Shown here: piece after piece, positions 1 to 12,793 of the stretch
How positions within the stretch are numbered: the stretch's first letter is position 1
Layout of the letters: each line of letters begins with the position of its first letter
DNA from: Macrostomum lignano
Taxonomy: Eukaryota
DNA length: 64,000 bases
Assembly: GCA_002269645.1 (NCBI GenBank)
Contig: NIVC01003650.1
Coordinates: 216 to 64,215, forward strand
Reading direction: 5' to 3'
The notes under the pieces: model-generated
The model's input: the letters and a program-made list of their open reading frames with translations, nothing else
Told to the model about the DNA's origin: nothing
Database searches by the model: none
Made by a program: the position numbers and the translations under genes

Positions 1-2682
1 CTAATAGACCGGTCAGGCAAGTCCTGAGATCTGTGCCGCCGGATGTGTCATCCTCTACGTTGAGCAACAGTTGGAGCTACGTTGAGCCGTACGTGAACCG
101 TCGGCAGCGTGCGAGCTTGGTCGTCTGCGCCAGCCCGCTGGGATTATCGGCTGGTAGGATGGTCAGCACCCCTCGGCCCTCGGCCCTCAGCGGTGTTGAC
201 AACATACATTAAGGAAAGCCACTCGATCGATCTCATAGTAATTAAGGCTGAAGCTCCTTTAATAGTTGCACAATATTCAGCTGTCACAACTTAAGAATTG
301 TCGATAAAAAAAAAATTATTAGCCAATATTAGCACGGCCACTGCAGCCAAAAATTATACTGTTAACATATAGCGAACAGAAAAAATAGCTACCTTTGTAA
401 ATGCAATGTAAAAACTTTAAAAGCAAAATCTTGCAAACCTATGCAATCTCATATGAATCTAAGTGTGATGAATTAAATGGGTTGACATAAGAGATGTAAG
501 TGTTGTAGGTTTGGATAAAAAAGAGTAAGCAGGCTAACATAAAGGGTAGCATGACTTTCGCATACCTTATCGTAATTTTAATAAGTCCTTCATCCTTCTG
601 TGAGTTTTAAATAGCTGGAGATTTTCATACTTAATCCAGAAAGTTTTAAAATAAAAAAAGACTGCTTTTGCAAACACTTTTGTTTATGTCGTATAGTTCT
701 AGGAAAAATACTTTAAAAACTTTGCAAGATCACATATTGATTATTGACGACTAATTTGTAAAATCTGATCCTCCAAGTCCCCTGACATTGTGCGTTGCGT
801 TAATCAAGCCCTTTCGCTTTCTTTGTAACTGAAATGCTTGATTTCTAGATATTTAGCTTACTTGAAATACTGCACAATAATCCAACTACAGCCAAACAGA
901 CTAGCCCTACATAATCTTTCATACTGACGCTGACGCATAATAAATGTCAATGATGACCAATCTTCCTGTTATCGGTTGCATATTTAATCACGAAGTTGTT
1001 TGTTCACTTTTCCTACCAACATTTGCCGTGATTGGCGTTTTGACTGTAATATTTTTATTTCTATTTCGTAAGCCAAAGCCACCACCTTATTTGTTTTGAT
1101 GATAGTGAATCGATTCCATTTATCAAGAAAAAGAAGCAACCAAAATGGGCAGTAATGCTGAGACAAAGGAGACAAAGTCGAAGGTATAAGTTTTTAAAAT
1201 AACACTTGCTTGCAACTAAAATATTTTGATGAAGAAGCCGATTTTTTTTTGACTTTTTGTAAATAGGCCTAATATAGGCATTAGTAATAGCAAAGTAATA
1301 GCAACTAACATTGGCTTGTATTAATATTAATATTTATAAGTAGGCCCACGCCAATGGATTCTCAATACAAATACCTGTACAGTATTGGTTAGGCCCCTAG
1401 TTATTATACTAGGCCTAAAGTACTCCTATTAGCCCCTTTTAAGAGAAATTTCATTTAGGAATATACAAAACTTTAATTTACTATCATAGGGCCTATCATA
1501 ATCCCATATACTAAAAATGATTATATCTGTAAATATAGAGGCCTAATTTTTTTAGCATAGGGCCTAGCCATTCATAGGTACTTTGTATCAGTTTTATAAT
1601 CCCAATAAATCATAAAAATGTAATTAAGTATAGAAATTTAGCATAAAATGCAAATTATTATATATAATATTAAAATAAAACTTATTGTTATTGGTTATAT
1701 TATTAATCACAAAGTTGTTTGTTCACTTTTCTTATCTATTAATCATTTTCTATTTATAAGCAATTTAGCAAAAAATAAAACAATAGGATAATTTGTCTAA
1801 TTTTTTGTAAAAATAATAGGCCTTAGGCATTATTAGGCTTTACTATAATATGATATATTAAAAACAAGTTTAAAATTTATTTTTTAAATCTTATAAAAGG
1901 CCAAAGATACAACTTTACAAGGATTTTAATTATTTTTATTATTAAACATTGGGTCTATGACTAAGCCTATTATTAATACATTGAATAATTAAATAAGCCT
2001 AGTTCTAGTTATCAAATGTTATAAATATTTTGTTCCTAATCTAATCTTATTCTTAGTTTTAAATATTTTTTATTTTGTGGCTATGTATAATTTTTTTAAT
2101 AATATGGTTTTATTAATTTTCTAAATCTAATATTGTTTTGTTTTTGCAGTAAGTAAAATTGAATAAGACTAATATATATAGAATAATGTAATATATATTA
2201 TAATTTTAATATTACATGTTACTTGATTGTCATTTGGTTATATTAGGCCTTTTGCAGCATTAATAATACTTTAATTTAATATTAATTTTAATAATTAAAT
2301 ATTCATTAACAATATTAATATTAACAATGCATCTAGATAGACTAGAAAGTTGCAAGTTAAGTGTTCAAGTTGATTATACTAGGTTTACACAATTAGGATT
2401 CTACTATCAATCAGTTGATTATATAACAATATATGTAATCAAGATGATAAAATAGATTCATAAAAGCAAATGCACAGCTATATTTTTATGTGCTAAGAAA
2501 ATGAAGACTTCCTATCTCTGTAGTGTATTTTCTCAAAAAACCTGCCTCCTAAAATTTGAGTATGGTCTTTTTTGTCTTACATTTGTATAGATTGTGTTGT
2601 CAATGAGTGCTATAATTTTCTTTTTCAAAAAATCAAATAGCTTTAATAATTTTATACTGCTTCAAATATTTTTGTTTAACAG

Positions 2683-4094
2683 GCAAAGTTGGCCTTAGCT
2701 ACACAGCAAGTGAAGACCAAAGGCCAACAGCAGCAGCAAGGACAGACTGCTTCAGCTACAGCTGCCTCTGTAACTGTGGTAACTAAATTTAAACTGTTTT
2801 TTTTTCAATTTTTTAATAGATTTTTTGGGTTCTACAGCCATTTATTATTTTTTAGACACCAACGCCTGAGACTGTGAAGGTCAGCGCATCTGTTGCTCGT
2901 CGAGCTCCACCAGCAGGCGCCGCTGCTGACGCTGCCGACGCTTGGTTCGAGGTGACTACCGGCGGCAAGAAGAAAGCGCTGAAGAAGGAGCCGCAGCACC
3001 TGACAAAGCAAGAGAAAACTAGGAGTTATAAAAAGGAAGAAAAATCAGAACAGAAAGTGGAACCTGGAGTGGAGTCTATGGCCAAGAAAGAAGTGCCTAA
3101 GGCTAAAGAGGAAGAACCCAAAGCCAAGAAGGAAGAGTCAAAGGCTAAGAAGGAAGAGCTGAAAGCCAAGAAGGAAGAACCCAAAGCCAAGAAAGAAGAG
3201 CCTAAGGTTAAAGAGGAAGAGCCTAAGGCCAAGAAGGAAGAGCCTAAGGCCAAGAAGGAAGAGCCTAAGGCCAAGAAGGAAGAGCCTAAGGCCAAGAAGG
3301 AAGAGCCTAAGGCCAAGAAAGAAGAGCCTAAGGCCAAGGAAGAGCCTAAGGCCAATAAGGAAGAGCCTAAGGCCAAGAAGGAAGAGCCTAAGGCCAAGAA
3401 AGAAGAGCCTAAGGCCAAGGAAGAGCCTAAGGCCAATAAGGAAGAGCCTAAAGCCAAGAAGGAAGAGCCTAAGGCCAAGAAAGAAGAGCCTAAGGCCAAG
3501 AAGGAAGAGCCAAAGGCCAAGGAAGAGCCAAAGGTTAAGCAAGATGTATCCAAAGCCAAGACACAGTCGCCTAAGGCTGCTGACAGTAGCGCAAACGACT
3601 CCGGTCTGGGCACCAGCTTTGTCGAAGTGCCCCTATCGCCTTCAAAGCCTGCCGCGGCTGCCCAGTCCGCTTCTACGCCAAAGAAGTCAAAGAAATCGCG
3701 CAAGCAGCCTATAGAAGTAGACGGTTTTGTCCTCGCTGACTTCTCGCCGCCGTCAAGCGCCAGCTCCGCGTCTCTGTCGCCGCCGGTGTCGCATCATTCC
3801 GATCCGCCTTCGACCAGTAGCGGCCCGGCTATTGCCTCCCTTGTTGAAGATGACGCAGAAGACATCGCTGGCAATGCGGCCTCCGGTGGAGGCAGTTCAA
3901 GCCAGACTTCCGGCTCGGCTAAGAAAAAGTTAAAGAAGCTTAACAAACAGCAGAAGCAGCAACAGCAGTCGGAAGGTCCCAAGCCTTCTGCTGCTGATCC
4001 GCCGCCCTTGCCTGCCACTGAGGAGGCTGACGGCTCCTCCGCCTGGGTTGAAGCGCCCAGCTCCAAGAAGCGTCGAGCCAGACGCGAGAACTAA
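2683..4094 (+). CDS. Lys/Glu-rich repeat protein, metadherin (LYRIC/AEG-1)-like C-terminus; last two exons 2683-2778 and 2856-4094
   Basis: AG acceptor at 2681-2682, GT at 2779 and AG at 2854-2855 give an in-frame phase-0 join. About 19 KKEEPKA-type heptads. The end (WVEAPSSKKRRARREN) resembles the metadherin terminus WESPKQIKKKKKARRET (recalled). A possible upstream exon lies at 1145-1183 (MGSNAETKETKSK|gtataag). Confidence 0.55.
3105..3540 (+). repeat. 21-bp coding minisatellite (aagaaggaagagcctaaggcc) encoding KKEEPKA
   Basis: Tandem 21/18-bp units keep the reading frame open. Confidence 0.9.
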
Positions 4095-4358
4095 CTAAAT
4101 TAATTGTCTCCAAATTTTCAAAGCGTTTTTTTCTTCTATTCCTTTCACCCGGGTGTCGGTTCTTTATTAGTTTGTTGATGAATTAATCATTTCTGCTAGA
4201 CCGTATTTCTGTTTGTTGACAATTGCTTTTTTTATTTACTTTTCCTGGCCTGGGCGTTTAACCAAAGCGCGTATATAACAAAACAATAATGATATACACC
4301 TGGATTTCTAGTCTGGAGACGAAACATTTAAATTGACCTTCAGTTCGCTTTCCGGAAA

Positions 4359-4537
4359 GGGCCTGTCAACCTACGCTCATAAAGTGGAGCTATGACCTAT
4401 GTACACAAATGATACTACAGTCCGCTCACAAAGAAGCTGGGTCTGGCAAAAAGCGACGATAATTGGACTTGGGATAGGGGAGAACAAACAAGGGGATAAT
4501 TAGGGATTCTACTTTATGAGCTTAAGTTGACAGGCCC
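4359..4537. mobile_element. MITE-like element with ~29-bp imperfect TIRs (GGGCCTGTCAAC...GTTGACAGGCCC)
   Basis: The inverted ends match with few mismatches. The internal cctatgtacacaaatgata recurs near 30739. No clear TSD. Confidence 0.55.
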
Positions 4538-4541
4538 TTTT

Positions 4542-4682
4542 GTCTATGGTCCAACTGAGCTCCTACCCAGGTTAAAGGAATTTATAACCCCGCATTTGTC
4601 CCGGTCAAACAAGTCTACGGCCTTGTGTTGAAACGTATTTGTCCGAAGAAACCATAGTTTATTTGGACCATAGACCATAGAC
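4542..4682 (-). mobile_element. Crypton end-sequence fragment bounded by GTCTATGG / CCATAGAC
   Basis: ttgtcccggtcaaa.aagt.ta.gg.ct.gtgttgaa is shared with 9050-9085. Octamers at 4542, 4668 and 4675. Confidence 0.5.
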
Positions 4683-6244
4683 TATTTTGCAATTTTATCC
4701 AATTTCACAGCAAACGGTAGGGGAAGATTGTTCACTTTGGTTGGTTAAACATGTTCGTCCATCATAGACTCGCAATCTAGGTAGTATAAATATAGCTGAG
4801 GCGTCTCGACACTTATTAGCCTGTCTCAGCCATCAATATGAATATAATGGATTGCTAATTGGGCCCATTTGCTCTTTCTTAATCGCTTTACCATTCCGAA
4901 GTTATTTATAGTTTCATACATGTATGCTCACAGGAAAAGGGAAGTTATACTGATAATCCATTATATTCCAAAGTATACTTCTACTATATTACTCGTTTGT
5001 TAATACGCTGATAATCTGGTGTCATTGACTCATTGGTACTGCGATTAAATGTTTTGTCGTTCGTTACTACATTGCAGGTGTGATATTATCAGATAAAAGG
5101 CAATAATTTCTCCTTTTTGAGTTTCCAGCAATAAAACTTGTGTCGAATTGTTTCTAGCGCTCTTCCATTCCCTGACATTTGTTTTGATGATGGGCTGCAC
5201 CGCGATTTACTTGTACGATTTGTGTAGAGAGAATTATGAACATAATTATCATTATCGTATATTTTTGATTCGCACTACCCCTCCGTTTCCGTTGCTCAAA
5301 TGGCTGTTTTAATCAAATTTGTTTTCCCCATTCATCTCGAATTGTTTTCTCACTTATAGGTACGGAAGTTGCAATCAATTATATTGAAAAGTGCTATACA
5401 AGTCTTTAACTACATTTTGTCCTCGATCAGCCACTCGTGCCATTGATTTTTTGTCTCCCCCTCTGTTCCTGGTCCTCTCCTACCAGCTTGTTTCTCTTAT
5501 ATTATTTGAGTTTATTCTTTGTTTTAACAGCCAACTCTCTATCTGATTCCTGTTTTTTGTCTGATTTCTGCTCTTTTTTACTTCTTGCGTTAGACTGGTC
5601 CAGCTTTGCGAGTCCTGTTTCTCAATATTTAGTCACTTTGCGCTACTTGTTTTGCCGCTAACTTTGCAATGGTTTCATTGTCTCCCTCTGTCAGAATTGT
5701 TGCAATGTTCCTCAGTCTCATGATCATTTTTTTCTGTTCAATTTTGTGTTTTTGTGTTTGTTTTTGTTTTTTTTTCTTCTGGTTTTTTTCCAACCTGCGG
5801 CAAATGTGACTCCCCTCCCGTTTTTTTCGTTTGCTTTAACAAATTTCTCTGGTGAATATATAAATAAATACATGATGAGTTATTATTATCTAATTATAAT
5901 GCTTTACTAGCTGGGCACAAATGACTATAAAAGTGTGCTCGCGAAGTAATCGTTACGACCTGCGAAGTTGTGTTTCTGTGGTTTCAACTGAAACTCGGTT
6001 TGGCTTAGCGTCGGAACAAGACAAGCAACTAGAATTCACAACTACATTCACAATGGTAAGTAACTAACCTACAATTGCAACTTAGACCATACACAAAATG
6101 CTCATATTTGTGCTGCGATTAAAATCAAACTGAAAATCATTTATTATAGAAAGATTCCGCTGTTTGCGGGGATGCGGTCTATGTTGTATTGCTTAAACTA
6201 TGCTTAACAGACTCGTGAAGTTTATTCTCTCTGCATGTTATAAC

Positions 6245-6943
6245 CAAGGACGACTTAAGTAGAAGGACGGGAAACCTCGTTTCTTAGAAAATTTTTGAAG
6301 GCACTTTTTCCCGAAAAAATACACTGCGGAGATAGGAAATTTTCATTTTTTCAGCACAAAAATTGCTATAACTTTTGATAGGAGGCAGATCCAGTGTTGA
6401 TCTTTTGATATGTTGTGCCTTTTTTATTGCTCTATCGATATTTATAAAGCTTTTCGTTCAGAAAATTAGGATTCTATGTTAATTTTTTATTCTACGTACA
6501 TTTCCTGTATCTAAAAATCACAAAAATGCATGACACAGCTCTAATATTTGGTTTTATGAATCTATTTTATCATCTGTGTTACGACTATTTGCTATACAGT
6601 CAGGTAAGAAGGATAAAATAGACTCATAAAATCAAAGAGCCAAGCCGTGGCATTCTAATGTATTTCAAGCACAAGACACATGAAAATATACGTAGAATAA
6701 AAAATTAACATAGAATCCTAATTTTCTGAACGGAAAGCTTTATAAATATCGATAGAGCAATAAAAAAAGGCACAACATATCAAAAGATCAACACTGGATC
6801 TGCCTCCTATCAAAAGTTATAGCAATTTTTGTGCTGAAAAAATGAAAATTTCCTATCTCCGCAGTGTATTTTTTCGGGAAAAAGTGCCTTCAAAAATTTT
6901 CTAGGAAACGAGGTTTCCCGTCCTTCTACTTAAGTCGTCCTTG
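6245..6943. mobile_element. Foldback/MITE with ~255-bp near-perfect TIRs starting CAAGGACGACTTAAGTAG
   Basis: 6245-6500 is the reverse complement of ~6690-6943. Related ends occur at 7028-7071 (mini hairpin) and 19970-20285, with a degenerate arm near 2480-2560. Confidence 0.85.
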
Positions 6944-6974
6944 ATTATAACACTATAGAGCAAGTATTCATATT

Positions 6975-8015
6975 TTACTCGTACACTATTGTCTATGGTT
7001 TTCGGCAGTAAGACTTTCTGCAAAAACCAAGGACAACTTGATAACTAGTTGATTTATCAAGTTGTCCTTGGCAAAAACTTAATTGCTAAACGATGAAAGC
7101 GGTCTTTCGCGTCCCTGGGATTTCCCTAGGGAATCCCGGAATTACACTGCGATTTCTATTGTCTGCCGGCTGTTTTAGATGGTTGCCGGAAAATTAACGG
7201 AAGCATTTGGCTATAGAAAAGAATCGAACATGACAACGACGAACAGCAACAAAAGCAACGGAGTAATTTTGTTCCTCCGGTAATGGTGTTCACCAGGCGA
7301 TTGACGGACGGGGATTCCAGGTGCCGTTGAATGGCCGCACGAAAACAGATGAGACTCGGCGCGTTAGTATGAATTCCATTCTGCTTTCGAAGAGACGAAT
7401 AGAAAAGCCTCAAATAATCGTTCAAGAATCAATTCGGTAAACGCTCAAACTCTTGGCTGAGTCCCTTCTCATCGAGGAACTGGCCGAACCTTGCCACGAG
7501 AAGTTTTCATTTGAAGTCTCTGTCGATTTCGGCACAGATTCATTCTCAATCCGGTCCAGCATTTGCAGATCTTCGCTAGTCAGCTAAGGTAGCACTTCGG
7601 TACTGGAAGACGCATTCAAATTGTTAATCTCCAGAACAAAGCGATTGCTCGACTCTCGGGCGACAAAAGCCAACTCGTCTGTGGAGAGTCCACATTTCTC
7701 CGCCAGTATGTATTCGTAGCGAATTATAGATCATTTTTCTTCGGGTATTTCGACAAATCCACTAGAGAATTAATTTATGACAGTTACGCTAGTCGTCTTC
7801 ACTGTCCTTTCCGATTATCATAAACGATTGACTGATTATCCTTACTGCTATTTCAAAGTGCCATAGACAACAGAAGAAAATTTGACTATAGAAATCCGGC
7901 AACAGTCAATTTCATTCAAAAGGGTAACAATAACGGTATAGACGACAGATTCTTTCACGGCAGCAATTGCGTAAGCTGAAGCTGCGTAGCGAAAAAATCC
8001 GTATATATCGTTACA
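6975..8015 (-). mobile_element. Non-autonomous Crypton-type element (copy B'), degenerate YR N-terminal fragment
   Basis: The minus strand reads as the homolog of 17041-17957 (NDYLRLFYSSLRK...LICFRAAIQRHL) with stops and frameshifts. Octamers at 6991 and 7861. Confidence 0.75.
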
Positions 8016-8128
8016 TTGCTTATTTAATGTCTAGATACATTCAATCACAAAAATATTTACCGTATTATTCCTAGATTTCTCGGGCCGAAACATAAATGCA
8101 ATCATCAGTATGAGGCCCGGAACATTTT

Positions 8129-9075
8129 GTCTATGGTCGAACTTAATGAATTAATTATCGAACTTAATGATAACATATCGCTGGCCGAAATAGCCGAGTA
8201 GCCAGAGCTGATCACTTAGGTGTGTCAGGACTCATTGAAACCCTAATAAAAATTTTCGACTAAAAGTTGACTAAAAGTCATCTTGTGCAAGCTTCGAATA
8301 TGACTTTTAGTCAATAATTTGTTACACGAATAATTGAACTCTGGTTCCGTTATTCTCCAGAATGACTCCGGTTGCCTGATGATGGAGGTCTATACATGAT
8401 GTCTATACATGTTGACGTTGAATTGATCTTGACGTCGACAGCCACAACAGGACCTTTGACGTCGCCGGTTGTAAAAAAGGCGAATCTGCCTGCTGTCACT
8501 CCATTCCCTAGTTCAGTGATAGTTTTTTTTTCGGCGGCATCCTTGATTAAATAAACATGCACATTTAACGCCGTTCTCTGACGAAATAATTTGATCAGAT
8601 TTTTTCAGAGATCTGATAGAGTCTGCCACGGAAGCGGAAATGGTACATCACCAAAAAGAAAACCTTGTCTGAAAGGTCTGTGAATTTTTTCTCATTGTAC
8701 ATTCTGAGCTTGTACATATCGCTGGCCGAAATAGCCGAGTAGCCAGAGCTTGATCACTTTAGGTGTGTCAGGACTTATTGAAAGTTGGGATAAAAATTCA
8801 TTTCTTGCCGTTCAAGTCCGATAATTTCTCCTTCTGCAATTCTTGACAAGTTTATCATGTTGATTTTTGAACGAATGAATCTTGAACAATAAAGCTTCTG
8901 AGTTTTCTACTCGTACTTTACTACACTTTGTCATGTTAAAAATCATATTAAGTGAGATTTGTCTATGGTAGTTAGTGCGAGCTTCGTCCCACACCCTCAC
9001 TGTAGCGGGCCGCGAAATGATAATTTGGCCTGACATTTTATCCCCCACTTGTCCCGGTCAAATAAGTGTATGGTC
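8129..9075 (-). pseudogene. Degenerate Crypton YR copy D (N-terminus plus catalytic-domain fragments)
   Basis: Minus 8858-8776 reads MINLSRIAEGEIIGL, versus MINYSGIAEGEISGL in copy A. Minus ~8750-8622 reads SGYSAISASDMYKLRMY...LSDKVFFLVMYHFRFRGR, versus GGYRAIDVVDLAKLSAY...LQHETFFLIVYHFGFRGR. The 5' non-coding part matches 15089-15200. Confidence 0.75.
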
Positions 9076-9114
9076 TAGTGTTGAAGCATTTATTTGTCCG
9101 GGACGAAGAAATAT

Positions 9115-9606
9115 TTATTTGTCCCGGCCGAAGAAACGATTGATGTGGAACTGACAACAACAACAAAAATGCCACAAAAAGCAACTATGGTTAACACTAA
9201 CGCTAATAGACTGATAGTCAATGACAGTAAAGCACTTTTGTCTTTCCCACTCCATAGTGATCACGACGGTGTTATCATTTCCAGAAACTTCGATTCGCAT
9301 TTTCTTCGCAGGAGCAGTAGAAACCGTCGTAGACCCAGTTGTCGGAGCGCCTCCAGCATCAGGAACAATGGCAACCGTCGTAGTCCCAGTTGTCGGAGCG
9401 CCTCCAGCATCACGAGCAGTGGCAACCGTCGGAGTCCTTGAGGTCGAAGCATCTGCAGCACCTACAGCAGAGCGGCTGATCAGAGCACTGCAGCTCATTT
9501 GCTTCTTCACTGACACTCAGCATCAAACAGCAGCTGACACAACAGCATCAAACTATCGCTATCGCATCAAACTCGGGACTGTTCCGTTTCGATCAGAACC
9601 ATAGAC
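9115..9606 (-). mobile_element. Crypton fragment C retaining only a YR C-terminal tail
   Basis: SVKKQMSCSALIS weakly aligns to post-catalytic SVEQKRSLSSAMT of copy A, followed by a low-complexity tail. Octamer at 9599. Confidence 0.4.
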
Positions 9607-9825
9607 TGTTGAGCTATAGTTCTTTTTTTCCACAAGACCGAGAGATTATATACTTATCAGTGGTAAATAGACAACAGGCCACATCACTTCATTTCGGCCC
9701 GCTGTTCTATTGTACCATGACCTTTGTGCCCGCTGGGCACTTATTCTTGCCTTTTAATGCCATAAACTACATTTAAGCCCACTTGCAGGAGTCACACTTA
9801 CTCTAATGCAAATTAGCGGCCAGTT

Positions 9826-9940
9826 AATAGTACATTAATACCCATGCTTTAAGGGCGTTAATGGGAAAATCAGAGGGCGCCGTTAGGCGCCGTTAGGCGC
9901 CCTCTGATTTTCCCATTAACGCCCTTAAAGCATGGGTATT
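9826..9940. mobile_element. Palindromic MITE (AATAGTACATTAATACCCATGC... hairpin); partial copies at 10156-10218 and 15004-15076
   Basis: Arms of ~45 bp are perfect reverse complements around ggcgccgttaggcgccgttaggcgcc. Confidence 0.75.
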
Positions 9941-10136
9941 ACTATCATTGTGCCATAGACATTTGTGTCCTTGACAAAGTGGGACAAAATTAGCGGGCAG
10001 TTAATATCATTAACATTAACATTTTTGTTAATTTGCATTAGAGTAAGTGTGACTCCTGCAAGCGGGCTTAAATGTAGTCTATGGCATTAAAAGGCAAGAA
10101 TAAGTGCCCAGCGGGCACAAAGGTCATGGTACAATG
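9941..10136 (+). mobile_element. Mini-Crypton: internal deletion derivative of copy A; inverted right end at 9706-9825
   Basis: Left part = 15080-15124, right part = ~16853-17045, joined at a CAAA microhomology. Confidence 0.8.
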
Positions 10137-10397
10137 ATAATACAATAATGTGCCCGCCGTTAGGCGCCCTCTGATTTTCCCATTAACGCCCTTAAAGCAT
10201 GGGTATTAATGTACTATTATATGTCTTAATTTTTTAATATTGGTGTATATTTCGCATAAAACATCAGCATTTAACGGTTAAACTTACAAATTTAGTCAAT
10301 GTTCTATTTTCAGATTGTGCTACATCTCTCTTGGATTGCCAGTACCGCAGTCCGCGCGGGATTTTGACGATTGTTCAACAACTTTGTTCTGTTCTGC

Positions 10398-10617
<220 letters not shown>

Positions 10618-11121
10618 ACACAGAGGACTCAACCGCAAAGGACAGCGGCTTACTGTCGGTAGCGCTTAAAGCAGAGGTGTGCGGACTTCAGGACAGTACC
10701 TGGTAAAATTGCAGACTTCAGTCAGAAAAGTCTATTATATTTGTGTCGAGCACTGGTAATCCAGTATATTGTGAAACAGCTTGTTCTTTGAATCGCATGT
10801 GCTCAGAGTTGTTACAAACAAAATTAAGTTTACCAGTCGACAGGCCACTGATTTCTTGCTCAATGATGCCTTTTGTAATTCAGCATGGTTTTTTGTTTGT
10901 TGGTTTGGTTTAAAGTTGCAATTGTAGCCTCTAGTTTTTCTTCTATTATAAATTTTCTTTTTTGAAAGTCTATGGGTCTATGGGCAAGCCCCCCACTAGC
11001 CTTACGGAAGCCAGGGGTGAGGAGGGTGGCGAGCCCCCCACATGTGACATCCCCTACCCAACAAGGCAACAACTGTATATAGCCCACTAATCTTCTTAGT
11101 TCTTAATTACATTTGATTTTG

Positions 11122-11880
11122 TATAGCTTTTTGCAGCCCATTTGGGCTTACGCGCATATAATTTAATCCAAGATACGTTTGCCAATGCAACGGAGCTTTT
11201 GTCTATGGTAGCAAGGCTGGCACAGCAGCATTTCATTTCGTCCAACAAGCATCAATTTGGTCCAAACGCTCGTGAGCCACTGGACAAACTCCTGCCTTCT
11301 CGCAACTGTCTGCAGGTTGTTGCGTACCGCTGGAATATCAACAACAGCGTGTCTACCAATAATTTTCAGTCGCTTTTCCAGTGCTATGCTGACAGTCAAA
11401 ATCTGATAACCAACTGGAACTGTTCCTTCAGCTTCTGCTGCATTTTCTGAAACACCAACAAAGGGTTCGTCTCAACTACATCGAGTAGCAGTTCGACCTG
11501 AGGCTCTCGCAACTTGCCTTGGCGATTGCTACCCTGCCGGCAGAGTTTCAACGCGCTGATGGATGCTGTAAACCATCTTTCCTTTTAAATTCAGCAACCT
11601 TGCAATGTCCTTTGTGTGTTCACCTCTGTCGAGCGCTTAGATCGCAAGCCAATGGCATTCGTTCGACAGCCTAGCATATGGTCCACTATTCTGGGGCTGA
11701 TGTTGCTTTTACGCAGCAGTTGCAGATGAAGCTATGGACCAAATTGATGCTTGTTGGACCAAATTAAATGCCGCTGTGTCAGCTAGCTTGCTACCATAGA
11801 CAAAAGCTCCGTTACATTGGCAAACGTATCTTGGATTAAATTCAATGCGTGCAGACCCAAATGGGCTGCTAAAATCTATA
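11122..11880. mobile_element. Non-autonomous element with ~145-bp imperfect TIRs that contain the octamer
   Basis: 11122-11275 is inverted at 11737-11880. GTCTATGG at 11201 and CCATAGAC at 11794. Confidence 0.75.
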
Positions 11881-12793
11881 GTAAAAAAGACTAAGCAAGC
11901 AAAGCCAATGTCAGAAACTTGACCAACAGTATAGAAAAGAGTATGTACGAATGCATACCATAGTGTATATCATACTGGAAGCTGTATATACATTAAATTT
12001 GTTGCGATTTCGTAAATAATATTAAAGCACTACAATACAGATGAACAAAACAAGGTCAATATCAAAAACTCCCGCGAGACTCTCGTCCTATAATTGATTA
12101 AAGTTATCCTTGACTTGGCTTTAACTTTTGATTTGCATTTGGGGTGCTTTAGACCATAGACGTCTATTATTAGATCGTTAGGGGCCTTCCACTGCAGTCA
12201 CAGTCGAAAAAAGGCTACATTTGAAGTTACTCTGAAGTAAGAAGTTAGAAGCAAAGGTAGTCTTTACGATTGTGCCAAATTCAAGGTTGAAGTGGTATAA
12301 TAAGTGTGTTATTTCTAAGCTGAGCTTAAAGGGAAACAAAGAAAAATTTCAGTCTCAGGAGTCCAGACATTAATTGTACATGTGGTTATTTTGTAGTCTG
12401 TCGTGCGATTCGTTTTCGATTCGGTTGTTTGTGTGAAACATGCATTAGCAACTCAATCTCAATCGATAAGATTTTATACGCCACCGCCAAGCTTTCGAGC
12501 TAGTATTATAAAATTAAGTGCATTCGCGGCCGGGGCACTGCCGATCTTGCATGAAAATGGCACGCGTGTGCACTTTCAAATTAATCTGCAAGATAATACT
12601 GCACTGTACAGGTACTACTAGCTCGAAGCATTCATGCGGGCGCTATACACATTGCCGATAAGACTTGTGCAGAAAATTTATACTGAAGCACACTTGAGCC
12701 GCGATCATTCTAAGCTGTGTTTCTGTGCGCTATCCTACCATGGTAGCTGTCACGGCTCAGGTTCAGAATTGAGCAAAGCATACCGTGCCCGCA

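Noticed and set aside
1-294. GC-richer start of the window as a coding exon
   Set aside because: Short open frames on both strands, with no recognisable motif or consistent splice sites.
3074-3081. Extra GTCTATGG octamer
   Set aside because: It lies inside an intact reading frame (ESMA) with no element-like flanks, consistent with chance.
8173-8240. tRNA-Phe-like 5' half (GCCGAAATAGC..AGT.G..AGAGC), repeated at 8714-8785, suggesting a tRNA or SINE head
   Set aside because: No T-arm or B-box. The opposite strand encodes the YR motif SGYSAISASD, so it is Crypton coding sequence.
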